From assembly GCA_030390025.1 (NCBI GenBank), contig CM059431.1:116252001-116316000 (forward strand): a stretch of 64,000 bases of DNA. The letters are read 5' to 3'. The position numbers and the translations under genes are program-made. Origin of the DNA: Squalus acanthias. Taxonomy: Eukaryota. Every line of letters starts with the position of its first letter. The first letter of the stretch is position 1. The notes beneath the pieces are model-generated. The model was not told where the DNA came from, ran no database searches, and worked only from the letters and a program-made list of their open reading frames with translations. Of this stretch, positions 48,201-60,361 are shown one piece after another.

Positions 48201-49514
48201 GTGCCACTGACTTCCCAGGCCACCTTCCAACTGTGACTGTACTATTCCATTAGTTGGCTTCCTTCCCTTGGTGACACTTAACTGTTCCCCACACCTTTAG
48301 TGAGGATTCAGAAAACATGGTGGCTGGGGGCAAAATCAACTTGGACGTGGGTGCAAAGCATCTGGCACAGATACGATACTGCCCGTTTTGTGTCCCCGCC
48401 CAATTCGAATTTCAGCCCCTCTATGTCATTCTCAGATATGTTTCTTTTGTTGCCCCCAGTTTTAAAATCAATGGTCTGGTCTTTTAAGCTGCTGCAGCCA
48501 ATCCAACAATGCAACATTGCCGGTCTCCCAAGGTGAGCTCGCAATATCAAGCGCCAATAGCAGTGGGAGCCCACAGTGAGTGTGATAATAAACCCGGCCA
48601 AGGAATTAGGATGGAATCAGAGCGGGGTCACACTAGCAGGTGAATGTCTCACTCTGATACACCTCCGGTGTGAATACAACAACGAAGGAAAATCTGTGCC
48701 ACGAACTCTTATTTTTATTGAGTTCAGGAATAACATATGTAGCAGCACAATATTAGCTCTTCCACTTTAACAAGTTCTGCAAAGGCACTATTCTCCCCGA
48801 ACAATTGACTGACTTTGGAAAAGTTAGACTTTTGCACCCTGATGAATATAAAGCCATTATGGGTCATGGGTTGTGGTGAATATAAGAGCTGCAATCAGTA
48901 GGCAGCAGACCATACAAAAGAAGCACTCTGCCAATTATTCTTGGACAAGTGCTGCTGGGCCTGAAAAGGCTGGCAGCAGGGCCTAAGGGTATGATGTTTT
49001 GTAGTGATCAAAGGACTAAACAGAAAATTCTCTAAAGGAGCCGATTTATCTAAGCAATCGTGGTGCTGTCAGTGGAACCATCCCCTGTGGCAAAAGGGCA
49101 ATTCGGAAGCTACAATCTGGCAATTACTGCATCAGTAATCCGAACATCAAGAGCTAACATATGAAGAATTGGATACGTTCTATTAATGGGAGACTGTCAG
49201 TGCAGTTTACATGTGGATATAAGCCAAGTGAAATCAGATATTATGCTTGCAAGGACAATACAATGTCATATACATTGTACATATATAGATCATGTTGAAT
49301 AATACACTTACAAATGTATCTTCTGTGTCATAGAATACAATCCTCCAATGCTAACACATAGAGAGATGTATTTTTTGTGAGAATGAATTGCAAATACTTC
49401 CACAATCACATTTCTCATGTTCGTTCCAGATATTAGGTTTAAGTGAATCTATTTTGAAATGAAGCTAAATGTTGTGCCTGCCATAAATATAAGATAGTCA
49501 TTAATGAATCCAAT

Positions 49515-49760
49515 AAAGAATTCAGGAAAAACTTCTTTACTCAGAGAGTGGTTAGAATGTGGAACTTGCTACCACAGGGAGTGGTTGAGGCGAATGGCAT
49601 AGATGCATATAAGGGGAGGCTAGATAAACACATGAGGGAGAAAGGAATAGAAATATATCCTGATAGGGTGCAAGGAAATAAGGTGGGAGGAGGCTCGTGT
49701 GGAGCATAATCTGTTGGGCCAAAAGGTCTGTTCTGTGCTGTAAACTCTATGTGCCATGTA
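49515..49760 (+). repeat. CR1-family 3' end fragment
   Basis: FFTQRVVRMWNLLPQ..VEA, followed by a 3' UTR shared with 7630-7805. Confidence 0.7.
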
Positions 49761-49809
49761 AAATGCAGCAAATGGCTTTTAACATCATTGCGTTATTCTT
49801 TGTTTTTGG

Positions 49810-50310
49810 AATATTCTCCACTTGCCTGGATGAGTATGCTCCAACAACACACAAGAAGCCAGGCACAAAGCATCCTAATTGATTGGCACCCCCATCCACG
49901 ACCTTAAACATTCACTCCCTCCACCACCGGCGTACCGTGGCTGCAGTGTGCACCATCTACAAGATGCACTGCAGCAACTCACCCTGGCTTCTTCGGCAGC
50001 ACTTCCCAAACCCGCGACCTCTACTGCCTAGAAGGACAAGGGCAGCAGGCGCATGGGAACACCACCACCTCCAAGTTCCCCTCCAAGTCACACACCATCC
50101 TGATGTGGAAATATATCGCCGTTCCTTCATTATCGCTGGGTCAAAATCCTGGCACTCCCTCCCTAACAGCACTGTGGGAGTACCTTCACCGCACGGACTG
50201 CAGCGGTTCAAGAAGGTGGCTCACCACCACCTTCTCAAGGGTAATTAGGGATGGGCAATAAATGCTGGATTTGCTAGCGATGCCCACATCCCATGAATGA
50301 ATAAAAAAAA
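49810..50310 (+). mobile_element. 3' fragment of LINE family B
   Basis: Near-identical to 22540-23050 (TLNIHSLHH...HHHLLKGN, AATAAA, A tail). Confidence 0.85.
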
Positions 50311-50604
50311 GGTTAGATGCAACAGATGCAACAGAGACACTGAAGTAATTCAAACATTGCACTTTACAGACATAGCATTCTGCAACGTATTTCATTCTTA
50401 TGTTGTCAAACTAAATGTTTAATCCTAAATGGTTCTACATTATTAAAGGCCTACATAATTTGACAAGCAGGCGCTGTCACTGATAAACACTAATGTTGCC
50501 TGGTCTCATTATATTTTTAAATATTTCATTTCTAAGTACCTCTATTGGCAGGCTGCAATGGTGAGCTGTGTATAAATCCATTTGCAGTAGGGTCCTGCAT
50601 TGGA

Positions 50605-51245
50605 ATAACAACAACAAGAACTGCACTTATATAGCACCTTTAATGTAGTAAATCATCCCAAGGCGCTTCACAGAAGCATAATCTGAGAAAAATTGACACC
50701 AAGCCAAAGAAGGGGAACAGGTGACCAAAAGCTTACTCAGAGAAGGTATTTAAGGAGGATCTTAAAGGAGGAGAGAGAGGTGGTGAGGCGGAGAGGTTTA
50801 GGGAGAGAATTCCAGATATTAGGGCCGAGACAGCTGAAGACATGGTCACCAATGGTGGGGTGAAGGAAGTGGGCGATGGACAAGAGGCCAGAGTTGGAAG
50901 AAAGCAGATTTCTCAGAGGATTGCAGGACTAGAAGAGGTTACAAAGATAGGGTTGGGACGAGGCAACGGAGGGATTTGAACATGAGGGTGGGAATTTTAA
51001 AATGAAAGTGTTCGGGGACCAGGAGCCAATGTAAGGCAGGGAGCACAGGAGTGATGGGTGAACTGGACTTGGTGTGAGTTAAGATACAGTCAGCAGAGTT
51101 TTGGATGAACTTTGGTTTGCAGAGGGCAGATGACGGGAGGCCGATCAGGAGAGCATTGGAATAGTCGAGTCTGGAGGTAACAAAAGCATGGGTGAGGGTT
51201 TCAGCAACAGATGGGCTGAGGCGGGGCAAAGATGGGCGATAAGAT
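50605..51245 (-). mobile_element. L2-clade LINE 3' fragment
   Basis: HAFVTSRLDYSNALLIGLP...IQNSA...ITPVL..LHWL, typical L2 ORF2 C-terminus; (TTG)n tail. Confidence 0.8.
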
Positions 51246-51292
51246 AGGGAAAAGTGATTCCGCTCATACAGCATTTCAGCTCAAGACTCACA

Positions 51293-51952
51293 GGCCTTGA
51301 TAATAGCCCCCCCATGATGGGTGGGAGAGGGTCGGGGAGGCGGTTAAAGAGTTAAATACGGGGAATGTGACCCCATCGCACCCGCCACCGTAAAAATGTA
51401 TATTGTATCGAGTGATCCGCCATGGAGAGGCAATTGTGAGCCCGATTTAAAATTGACTGTTGCTGCCGGGTTTCCTGGGGCTCGGAAAACTCAGCAGTGA
51501 AAGGAAGGCGTGAGCTGTCGGCTCCATGAGGTAAGTGCCTTTTACCCCAGCACTCCTTGTGGGCCAGGTGGAGTGGGAGTGCTTCCCACGGCCCCTCAAG
51601 GAAGCCTTCGGCCTCTCCCAGCCCAGATCGGCATCCTCCTCCCTGACCCAACCCGATTGCCGACCTCAAAGCCTCTCTCCCACCTCCCGATCGCGGCCTC
51701 GCTTCCCTCTCCTGATTGCCGGGGACCATCCCTAAGCATTCCACATCGCGGCCTCCTGCCACTGGTGTTCCCTGCCAATGTCAGCCAGGCTGTCTATTTG
51801 GCAGTCTGCCGGGCGGGAAACGGAACAAAAAAATGTTAATGAGGTCCTGCGGTTAAGTTTGGCAGGACCTCCCTTCCCCCGATCTTGCTGCAAACTTCAG
51901 CTGTTTTCCGCCTCCCCCACACCCTCCCCGCCTCCCTGTAAATATCGGGACC
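51293..51952. mobile_element. GC-rich Harbinger-type MITE
   Basis: Imperfect TIR GGCCTTGATAAT / AATATCGGGACC with ACA TSD. Confidence 0.6.
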
Positions 51953-51979
51953 ACAGTTTCTTTAGATAACGTTGATGAA

Positions 51980-52315
51980 AAAAGAAAGAAGGCAAAACTT
52001 GCATTGATATATTTATGTAACGTTTATGCCTACAGGCCATCCAAAAGTGTTTTGCAGCCAATTAATTACTTTCTTGAAGCACAGTCAGTTACTTTGCCAG
52101 CAAATGTGGCAGCAAATTTGCGCACAGCAAAGGCCCACAAATAGCAATATAATGGATCACCAGTCAGTCTGCTTTCCGTGGTGGTAGCTGAAGGGTGAAT
52201 GTTGGCCAGGACATTACGAGAACTTTATACTCTTAAAAAAAGTGCCATGGGATCTTTTACGTCCATCTGAACGGGCGCACAGGGCCTTGCTTTAGCATCT
52301 CTTTGGAAAGACTAA
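51980..52315 (-). repeat. DeuSINE-like SINE remnant
   Basis: GTGCCATGGGATCTTTTACGTCCATCTGA...GGGCC...CATCTC..GAAAGAC resembles the Deu central domain; L2-type tail at 51985. Confidence 0.55.
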
Positions 52316-53439
52316 AAAATAGCTATCCCCTCGGCATGGAAATGTTGAAAAATGATCACTTTGCCCTACATCAGTCCACTCTCTCTGCTCCGCTGGATGC
52401 AATCATAATAGATATATTCAAAACTCTGCAGAGAGTCATGAATGAACTATGCATACTTCCGACTGAGCTATAAAAAAGGGTATTTTCAGCATTCCTGAAG
52501 GGCGATTATTTTCTGATGGTAAATTAAATGGAATTATGTAAATTTACCACTTCAACAGCTAGAAATAAACCACTTGACCTTTTTAACAAGTGTGATTTAT
52601 ACCACACAGGTGGCAAAGCGTAGAAAAGAACACCCAAACTCAAAGTTGCAGGAATGCCGAGTTCACAGAGAAAGAGTGGCCCAGCCAAATCCCAACGACG
52701 TCCTTGTGTTGAAGTAGCTGGGGCAAGGATAGTGCGAAAAATTAACAAAGTATCCAAAACAATGCCACCAGGAACATTGAGGGAAATAAAACCGTTAACC
52801 AGAATGGCTGACGCGATTACATTTCTGACGAATAAAACCCCAAACTTTCAAGGATGCAGAAATGCCAGCATTAGAAAATAAAGAGAGTGGCACTAAAGGG
52901 TGCATTTTAATGTGGTGGGGGTGGGTATTGGTAGCAACAAATTGGGACTCCTTTCCTCGCTTGGCACAATCTACTGGACTGGCCTTCTGGGCCACCCTAA
53001 GGTGCTCTTACAAAAAATGTGAGAGCTTGATTTAAATGGTAAAATGAATGGTAATGAGCACCCGTACAATTTCCAGGTTTCCTCATGGGGAAGGTGCTAC
53101 GTGCTCGGCTCACCCATATAAAATGGTCAAGTGGTCAGGCGCATCGTGGGCTTTCAGCAAGTCCGTTTTTAAAAGGGAGCATTGCTAGATTTTTCACAGG
53201 TGCATTTTTGATTGTGGACATTAACCGGAATTTTGACAGCTGCATTAATGATATTTTTTTGTTGTATTTTTATCTCTATCTTTTGTTTCACTAAATTTGT
53301 GGGGACGAGTATTTTTGATTGCTGCAATTAAAAATTGGGAATTCCTGTGCGTGTTCCACTCTCTGAGTTTTTGGAGGAGGATAAGGAAGGTGAAAAGAGG
53401 GTATAGGTTCACTTGGACCAGAGGCAGGCTTCCCACATC

Positions 53440-54060
53440 TGTCCTTACCTATGCAGTTGTGTCCGCCTACTTGGGAATGTCTGAACAAAATTGTCTTTGC
53501 AGGCTCCTCTTCACCAGGGAAGCAGCGACAGAGATGTGCTGGAATCTGGTCTGCAGACAACATCTCAGATATCGCTGCCTTGAACCTTTATGCCTCATGA
53601 TTCATTCCAAGGTGCTCCAGTGGATATCAACAACATCAGTCAATCAGCAGTACACAAATGCATCAAGTAGGTAGCTGATGCATTGTTTCCCAGGACAAAC
53701 TACTTCATCACTTACCCCCATGCCCATGAAAATTGGCAGAAGAATGATAGGGTGTTGCAATTCTATATTTACCATTCCTCAGTATGGCTGCACTGTTGGG
53801 ATCTTTCATTTCATAATTCATGTTGGGAGCTTTGCATGTTTCTTCTGGACCTGTCGCTGATTTAACTGTACCTTGTATTTTAAAATGATTTGTGGCCATT
53901 CACTGTCCTCCGGAGCTGTGAGTGCACATACCTCTGGATCCTGGCAGAGGTCATATTATTGACCCATTATTATATGTTGAGCAACATTGCATACCAGTTA
54001 TGTGGCTTCAGTTCGGGCTATCAGCTAGATGTGATTGATTCATAGGTTACGGACAATCCT
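53440..54060 (+). pseudogene. Very old Harbinger transposase remnant
   Basis: RLLFTREAATEMC and NISQSAVHKCIK*VADALF align to RLRFSKEVVTELC and NISQFAVHCCIRKVTNALF. Upstream sequence recurs inverted at ~63450-63700. Confidence 0.55.
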
Positions 54061-54142
54061 AATTGAAAAGAAATATGTACTCCATATATCAGGAGAAATT
54101 CCTCTAGATTAGAGGATAGTTTCCTGGAATACTGTAACTAAC

Positions 54143-54903
54143 GGCCCAGAAATTGGCCTCTCCGGCTTGCCGCAGGGGTAAGGATTGCGCGCGATCTTAC
54201 CTACCGCGCCTGCCGTTGTGTTTCGGGCCCACACGAACTTCGGGTCCCGGGCCTCTCCCTGGTGCCGGCGCGCAGTGTGTGCGTGTCCCAGAGGCGCAGT
54301 TAGTTCGATGCGACCTCTGGGATCATGTGGGCCAGTTAGAGCCAATGGCAGCACACCATCTTTCATTCATAGATTTGACAGGAGAACTGTCAAAACTATG
54401 AATACAACTTGCCCCCAAAAGAACAGCTAAACCTCAATTATTTTTTTTAAAACCATCACATTAATAAAATAACTATAGTTAAATAGATTAACCACTTTAA
54501 ACAAAAATTTAAATTTTAAAAAAATTTAAATTCTTTTTAAAGGTTATAAAAATAAACTTACCTTTCTTTAAAGTCTCTAAAAAAGATAAACCTGTTGAAA
54601 AAAATTAAAAATAATACTTAATTAACTACTTACCTTGTTAAAAGGGGGTATTACGCCTCCTTTTTTCATGTGTAAAATCTTCCATACTTACACTCGCGTT
54701 CAAACCTGAAAAAAATCCTAAGTGTGCTGCGTGCGCACAGCCTGTAATGCGCACGCGGTTCACTTAGGAACCGCCCCCTTCGCAATATCGGAAGTGCCGG
54801 TTTCCCGCGCATGCGCAGTGCATGCAGGAAACCGGCACTTCGGGACCGAATACGGGTGAGTACACAGTGCGTACTCTCCCGTATTCGGCCGAATTTCTGG
54901 GCC
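54143..54903. mobile_element. Harbinger-type MITE
   Basis: TIR GGCCCAGAAATT / AATTTCTGGGCC, AT-rich core; related to 1157-6193. Confidence 0.75.
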
Positions 54904-54992
54904 ATCATCTACATGTCCTACCTCCATCAGACTTCTCAAATGCTCTACGGGCACACTATATAAATAGATGAAGGGATCTTGCATAATACTAT

Positions 54993-56857
54993 GGCCCAGA
55001 AATTTGTAGTGTTAGCTCTGTCTGATAAGGCCTGTTTTGGGAAAAAAACATTGCTGGCCTGCTGCGACACCCTGCAAGCCCCTTTCAACACTGGTAAACC
55101 CAGCTATGACGGCAGCAGTCTGAGCTTGGGTGGCAGCAACCTGAGACTGCAGGAGAACGGTCTGCGCTTCCACTGCAGCACTAAGACATTGTGTCCTTCC
55201 TCCTGGGCTGCAGTGGCAGCCATGACATCGTCCATCACACGCAGCATTATTTCTAGGTTGACAAGGTCTCTTCAGGAGTTGTCCATCATTTCCAGCCTGG
55301 AAATCCTGGGCTCCAAGCTCTGCGCAAAGCCCCGTTCAATGTTGGAGGCAGACTCCTCCATGCTCCTTGACATTGCCAAGAAGCTTTCTGGCAGGCTTGT
55401 CATTACACCTAGCAATTCGGTATGCATGCCCGTCACTCTTCTTCTGAAGGCCGCCCCATCGAGTTCCTCATCTGAGTTGTGTGCAGCAGAACTTGCCCTC
55501 CGGGGAGATGGCCCCCTGAGCTACCCTTTCCCCCTGACCTTGCTGCAGCCCACTCGTGCCCGGTGCCTCACCCTGTGCAGATTCCGCATCTGTACTAGCC
55601 TCTAAATTCTGCGCAGTGACAGTTTCTGAGCTGGTGTCTGCGATTGTCAGATACAGTGACGCTGTGCCTTATTCTTCTCCTTCACTCTTCTCCATGGCTT
55701 CAGGGACAGGCTCAACGTCCGGCAGTTCTTGGTCATCTGACAGCAGAAAGGCACAAGAGTCAGATTCTGGTGAGGGGAGGGGAGAAAAGCAAGATATACG
55801 CGCATCTAGCATCAGCAGCTTGTAAGTGAGAAGAGATTGTGGTGTGAGTGGGAAGTGGGATGTGAGAAGAAGAATAAGGAACGACCATACCGTCATCATC
55901 AACAAGGGCTTCAACTTCTCCCTTCGCCACGGCCTCGGTCACTGCCCCTCCAATGATGTCGAGCATGGCTTTCTCCAGGTGGCTGAGGTTCTGTATAGCA
56001 GCTAGGCCGCCTCCTGTCTGCCGCTGCTCCCTCCTGTTATGTACCACCTTGGCCTGCAAGAGAAGGGGAAGTGTGTCAGTGAGTGTAGTGCAATGTGTTT
56101 TGGTGATGTGCCTGCCATAGTTGAATAGCTGTAAGTGTGTACAAGGTGTGAGATGTGGGTGTGAGTGTTGCAGCAGTGGTAAGATTGTGAGGGCGAAGTG
56201 AAGCTATGATTGTGAGGTATGAGTGGTGATAGGTAGAGATTGTTGGTAGGTGAGATGCATTGAGCAGTGTATGAGGCTTGTGGTGCAGATGGTGGGATAT
56301 GGCATTTGCTGAAGCCTTCACTCACCTTGACCTGCCGCTGCATTGTATCCATGATCTGGGGACCACATTGTTGGCCGTCACGTATCCAGATATCTCCTGC
56401 CACAGCCTTCTAGATGTATGGGCAGATGGTTTCCTGTCAGTCTGCGGGATGAGGACAGCCCGCCTCCTCTCTACAGCCTCCAGAGCTGCATCTGAGAACC
56501 GTCGGGCTCTTTCGCTCTGCTGGTGCTCAGCCATCCCTTGCCAGTTCAGGTGTGAATCCAAGTGGAGCTCCAGCTACAATGACAATGAGGTGCTGCTGCA
56601 TCGAAACACCTCCCCTTTAAGTGGTGGAGAAAGCCTGGGCCAAACATTACTTGCAATTAGACTGCAAACAATATTGGCCCACCTGATGAGCGGTAACCCA
56701 ATGAGCAGCGGGTTTAGCGCTGAGTTAGCACTATAATCATGTAAATAAGCACTCAGCACGAATTTTGCGTGCTATCTAGACCACTTTGACCCGGCGCAGC
56801 TAAATCGCACTGGGCCATGATACCGCCCGTTTTGGGGCCATATCTAATTTCTAGGCC
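54993..56857 (-). mobile_element. Non-autonomous Harbinger retaining only a decayed Myb/SANT gene
   Basis: TIR GGCCCAGAAATT / AATTTCTAGGCC, TAT TSD. Minus-strand RARRFSDAALEAVERRRAVL, AKVVHNRREQRQTGGG and exon-3 remnants; no transposase. Confidence 0.8.
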
Positions 56858-56887
56858 TATATTTCTTCTCCCTTTCACAAAGAAACT

Positions 56888-57746
56888 AGCCGGAATATTC
56901 TGCAGGTAGGCGGGTTGGGAGCGAGGGGCCTCCGAGGCGGGCAGAAAACCCGGGAGACTGGGATTCCCACGGGCCCTGCCGACTTTAATGGCAGGGCCTG
57001 GTTTGCATGTGAGGCCTCGGATTCCCGCCCGCTGGCTGCGGGTGGGTAGGCCTGCAGATGCAGAGAGGGAGTCAGGGTTCGGTCTGGGTGAGGGATCGTG
57101 GGGGAGGGGCGGGGTGGTGCAGGGGGGGTTCGGGGGTCGGCAGGGAAGGATCAGAGATGGGGGGGTGGGGGTCGGGGATCGGCAGGGAGGATAAGGGATG
57201 GGGGATTGGGGGGGTCAGGGATCAGGGATCAGCAGGGGGGGTTTGGCTGGGCATCGGTAGGGGGGGGAGAGAGGATCGGGGCCGGCCACCGGAGGATTGT
57301 GGCCGGCCTCATTATCATCGATGGGGGGGGGGGGTTAGGCTTCGGAATGCGATCAGAGGCCTCATGAGGGGATCTCCAAGTGCTGGGGGGGAGGGGGGTT
57401 GAGTTAGGCAGGGACCCTGGATCCAGGTGGTAGGTTTAAAGCCACTTACCTGCTGGATCCAGCAGTCCTCGCCTCGGTTTAACTGCAGGGTTTCATGAAT
57501 TATGTGAAACACGTCAACATGCGGTTAAATTCAAAATGGAGTTTAAAGAAGAGGCTCCCAGCCTCATTATAATATTTAAATTGACGTACCGCCCCCTGGG
57601 AGCTGTTGGTCACCCGCCCCGTCCCGCCCCCGTTAAAACCAGAAGTGGGCGGGTTGGAGGTGGGATCAGTTCGGGAATCCCACTTTTAACAATTTAACTG
57701 TCCCCATGCTCCAAATCCACCCTTTTTTTAGGGGAAAATTCCAGCC
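56888..57746. mobile_element. GC-rich Harbinger-type MITE with G-rich core
   Basis: Imperfect TIR AGCCGGAATATTC / GAAAATTCCAGCC, ACT TSD. Confidence 0.6.
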
Positions 57747-60361
57747 ACTGACACAATAGGTAAGTACAGCAGTACACACTGACATCCCCTTTGTATTGCC
57801 TCATTATTGCTCCTGGAATGGCTTGAAAAAAACTGTTACCAGGAGATGAAGCAATTTTGTTTTTGATTAGAGTACATTCATGTACTTTCATAGCATACAG
57901 CATATATGGTGTATGTTGCACAATACGTGAGCTTTACTAAGGGGCTTGACATGTGGATACCCTGAAGACACCATCATGTCTGTGCTGTTCTTTACTATTG
58001 TGTTAGTGCCTGGCAGACTTTATTTGTTGACAGTTTGGATGTCATGTCTTTAACCAGAATGCTCCCATCTACTTCTAAATGCACCTCAGCCCAGAGTTCA
58101 GATGAACCTAAATCTAGTAGTGATAACAACAGAAAACGCTGGAAAAACTCAGCAGGCCAGGCAGCATCCGTGGAGAGAGAAACAGAGTTAACATTTCAGG
58201 TCGAAGACCTTTCGTCTAGTAGTGATGTTGGCTTCTTCAGAGCTGGGTCTGATTGAAGTCTTTAGCAATGGGTTCATTCATTCTTTGCAGGTGTTTTTGA
58301 CACATCATTCTGTTTTGATTCCACCTCATGTATGATTGTTATTGCCCCCGTAAATAGTTTGCTAACCATTAACTGACTACTGTTTTATCTTTTTCTTCAA
58401 TGATAGTAACCAGTTACTATTTCAGAACAAATAAAATAGCCACAAAGATCATGCTATGAAGTGGATCTGTATGAGGTGGTTGTAGTTCTTGGAGATTCAT
58501 GTGACTTATTTTTAACCCTCTTGGTCTTCACTTCCTCAATATAAGAGTGAAGAAGGTAGCTTGCCTTTGGCCAATTAACATGTTAAAAATGTTTTATATT
58601 GTGTTATTTCAAGCTACGTTAAATTATTAGCTGCTCTTTAAAATCAAATGCCGAAGAATAATCTTGGTTTTACCTGCAGAAATTGGGCAAGAGCATTCTG
58701 AGTGATTTATTCTCTAACTTTCCTAATTCCACTTTCCCTTAAGCCTCCATTTTGATTTTCCCCCTCACTTACTGTATGGTGAATTGCACTGTTACATTAA
58801 CATGTTAAGAGAACCACATTACCACAATTGAAGCACTTTGGGCTGAATTTTCGCCCCTATGGCCAGGCAGAAAAGGAGTGGAAGCAGCCCATAAATGGGA
58901 GGCAATGGCCTATCGTCCCATTGGCACCATCATTATGGCCGCAGCAATGGTCAGTGGAGCCTACCGTTGGGTGGCATGAGCGGCTCTCGTAGTCAGGCAG
59001 TAAAATGGCAATCGGTGTCCTATGATGTCAATCGGACCCCTTGCTGGAGTGTGCACTACGCAAGCTCCAACTAGCATCAGGTGGTGGTGGTTCAGACATA
59101 GAGAACTCCAAGGTAAGTGCCTCTTCTGTGGGGCTGCAAGGAGCGGGATTGGTTCTCCCGGCTCCACGAGCCAACCTGGGCTGCAGCCGCTCAGGATCCC
59201 CCATCGGAGATTGGGTGTCCCCCCCCTTCGCCCCAGAAAGACCTTACCTTCCTCTGGCCCTCCCAATATTGGGGTGGCCCGGAATCGGCCAGGCTGCCCC
59301 GCTACACTTGGTCTTGGGCCATAACCCACTGGCTCGATGTCAATGAGGCTCAGTCCTCAAAAAATCGACTGGGTGGGCAACCTGACAGGACTACTGGGTA
59401 GCCAGCCAACGCGTTCAACTGGCCAGCCGCCCGGATACCACTCTGGAGGGATATCCACCCCCTTTATTTTCCAGAAAGTATTAAATTATATGCAAAAAGT
59501 ACAAATGTGTTTCAGTTTTGGTTAATTTGTCTTAAAAATAACCCTTAGCAAAATCTAAAATGTTAATGGCCTCATTAAAATTAATTCATTTTTTTCATTT
59601 CTTATAAGTAATTTTTTTATGAAATGTGTAAAGAATTTTATTACATTAATTGGCTTCGATGAATCCACTCACAAGTCACAACTGCCAAAAATGCCTAATT
59701 ACTTTTTAATTAAACAAAGGTAATTTATTTATATACTTATTTTAGTCAGTTTGTACATTTTTCATCCATATCTATGGAAATGTATATGTTGAAAAGGAGG
59801 CTTCATTCTCTACCGACCTACAGATACGCTTCCTCTGCCGACTTTGTAAATGAGTGCCAAGACCCTGCAGGAAATTCGGAAGTTTTAACAGCCCAAGTAT
59901 ACTTCCAGTGTTTGTATCGCATTAACACAAAAACAGCAGTCTGACTATGGACTGAAATTACTTAACTGATGGCATATCAAATTTTGGTAAGCAGTGTGAG
60001 AATACACTCAGTTGGTACTCTCACATCACTTCAGCTTCATGACAGCCACACTATAACTAGAGAGCAACCTTTAAAAATGTTGTAGGCAGCCGAAACGTCG
60101 TGTTAAAACTTTTTACTATAAGCAAAGAGTCACTTGTCCCACCGTCTCATCACTAATCTTAAAAAATGAAAAGTGATTTGTAATTCAGTCGAGTTGGCCC
60201 CAAGAGTGATATGGAGCCAGCAGGAGAACTCAGCACTGCCAGCTTACATTGGTGTGATCAAATGTTGGTCTCAAACTTTTGCCTGCTTTAAAACACAGTC
60301 AAAAGATCACAGCCAAGATCTTCCATCATTGTGTTCAAAAAAAATTACGTTAAAGCACTGA

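Noticed and set aside
56988..57402. Gly-rich ORFs / G-quadruplex region
   Set aside because: Low-complexity G-rich core of a MITE.
58128..58216. Short repeat fragment (GCTGGAAAAACTCAGCAGG...GAAACAGAGTTAAC)
   Set aside because: Looks like a common interspersed repeat end but is too short to classify from sequence alone.
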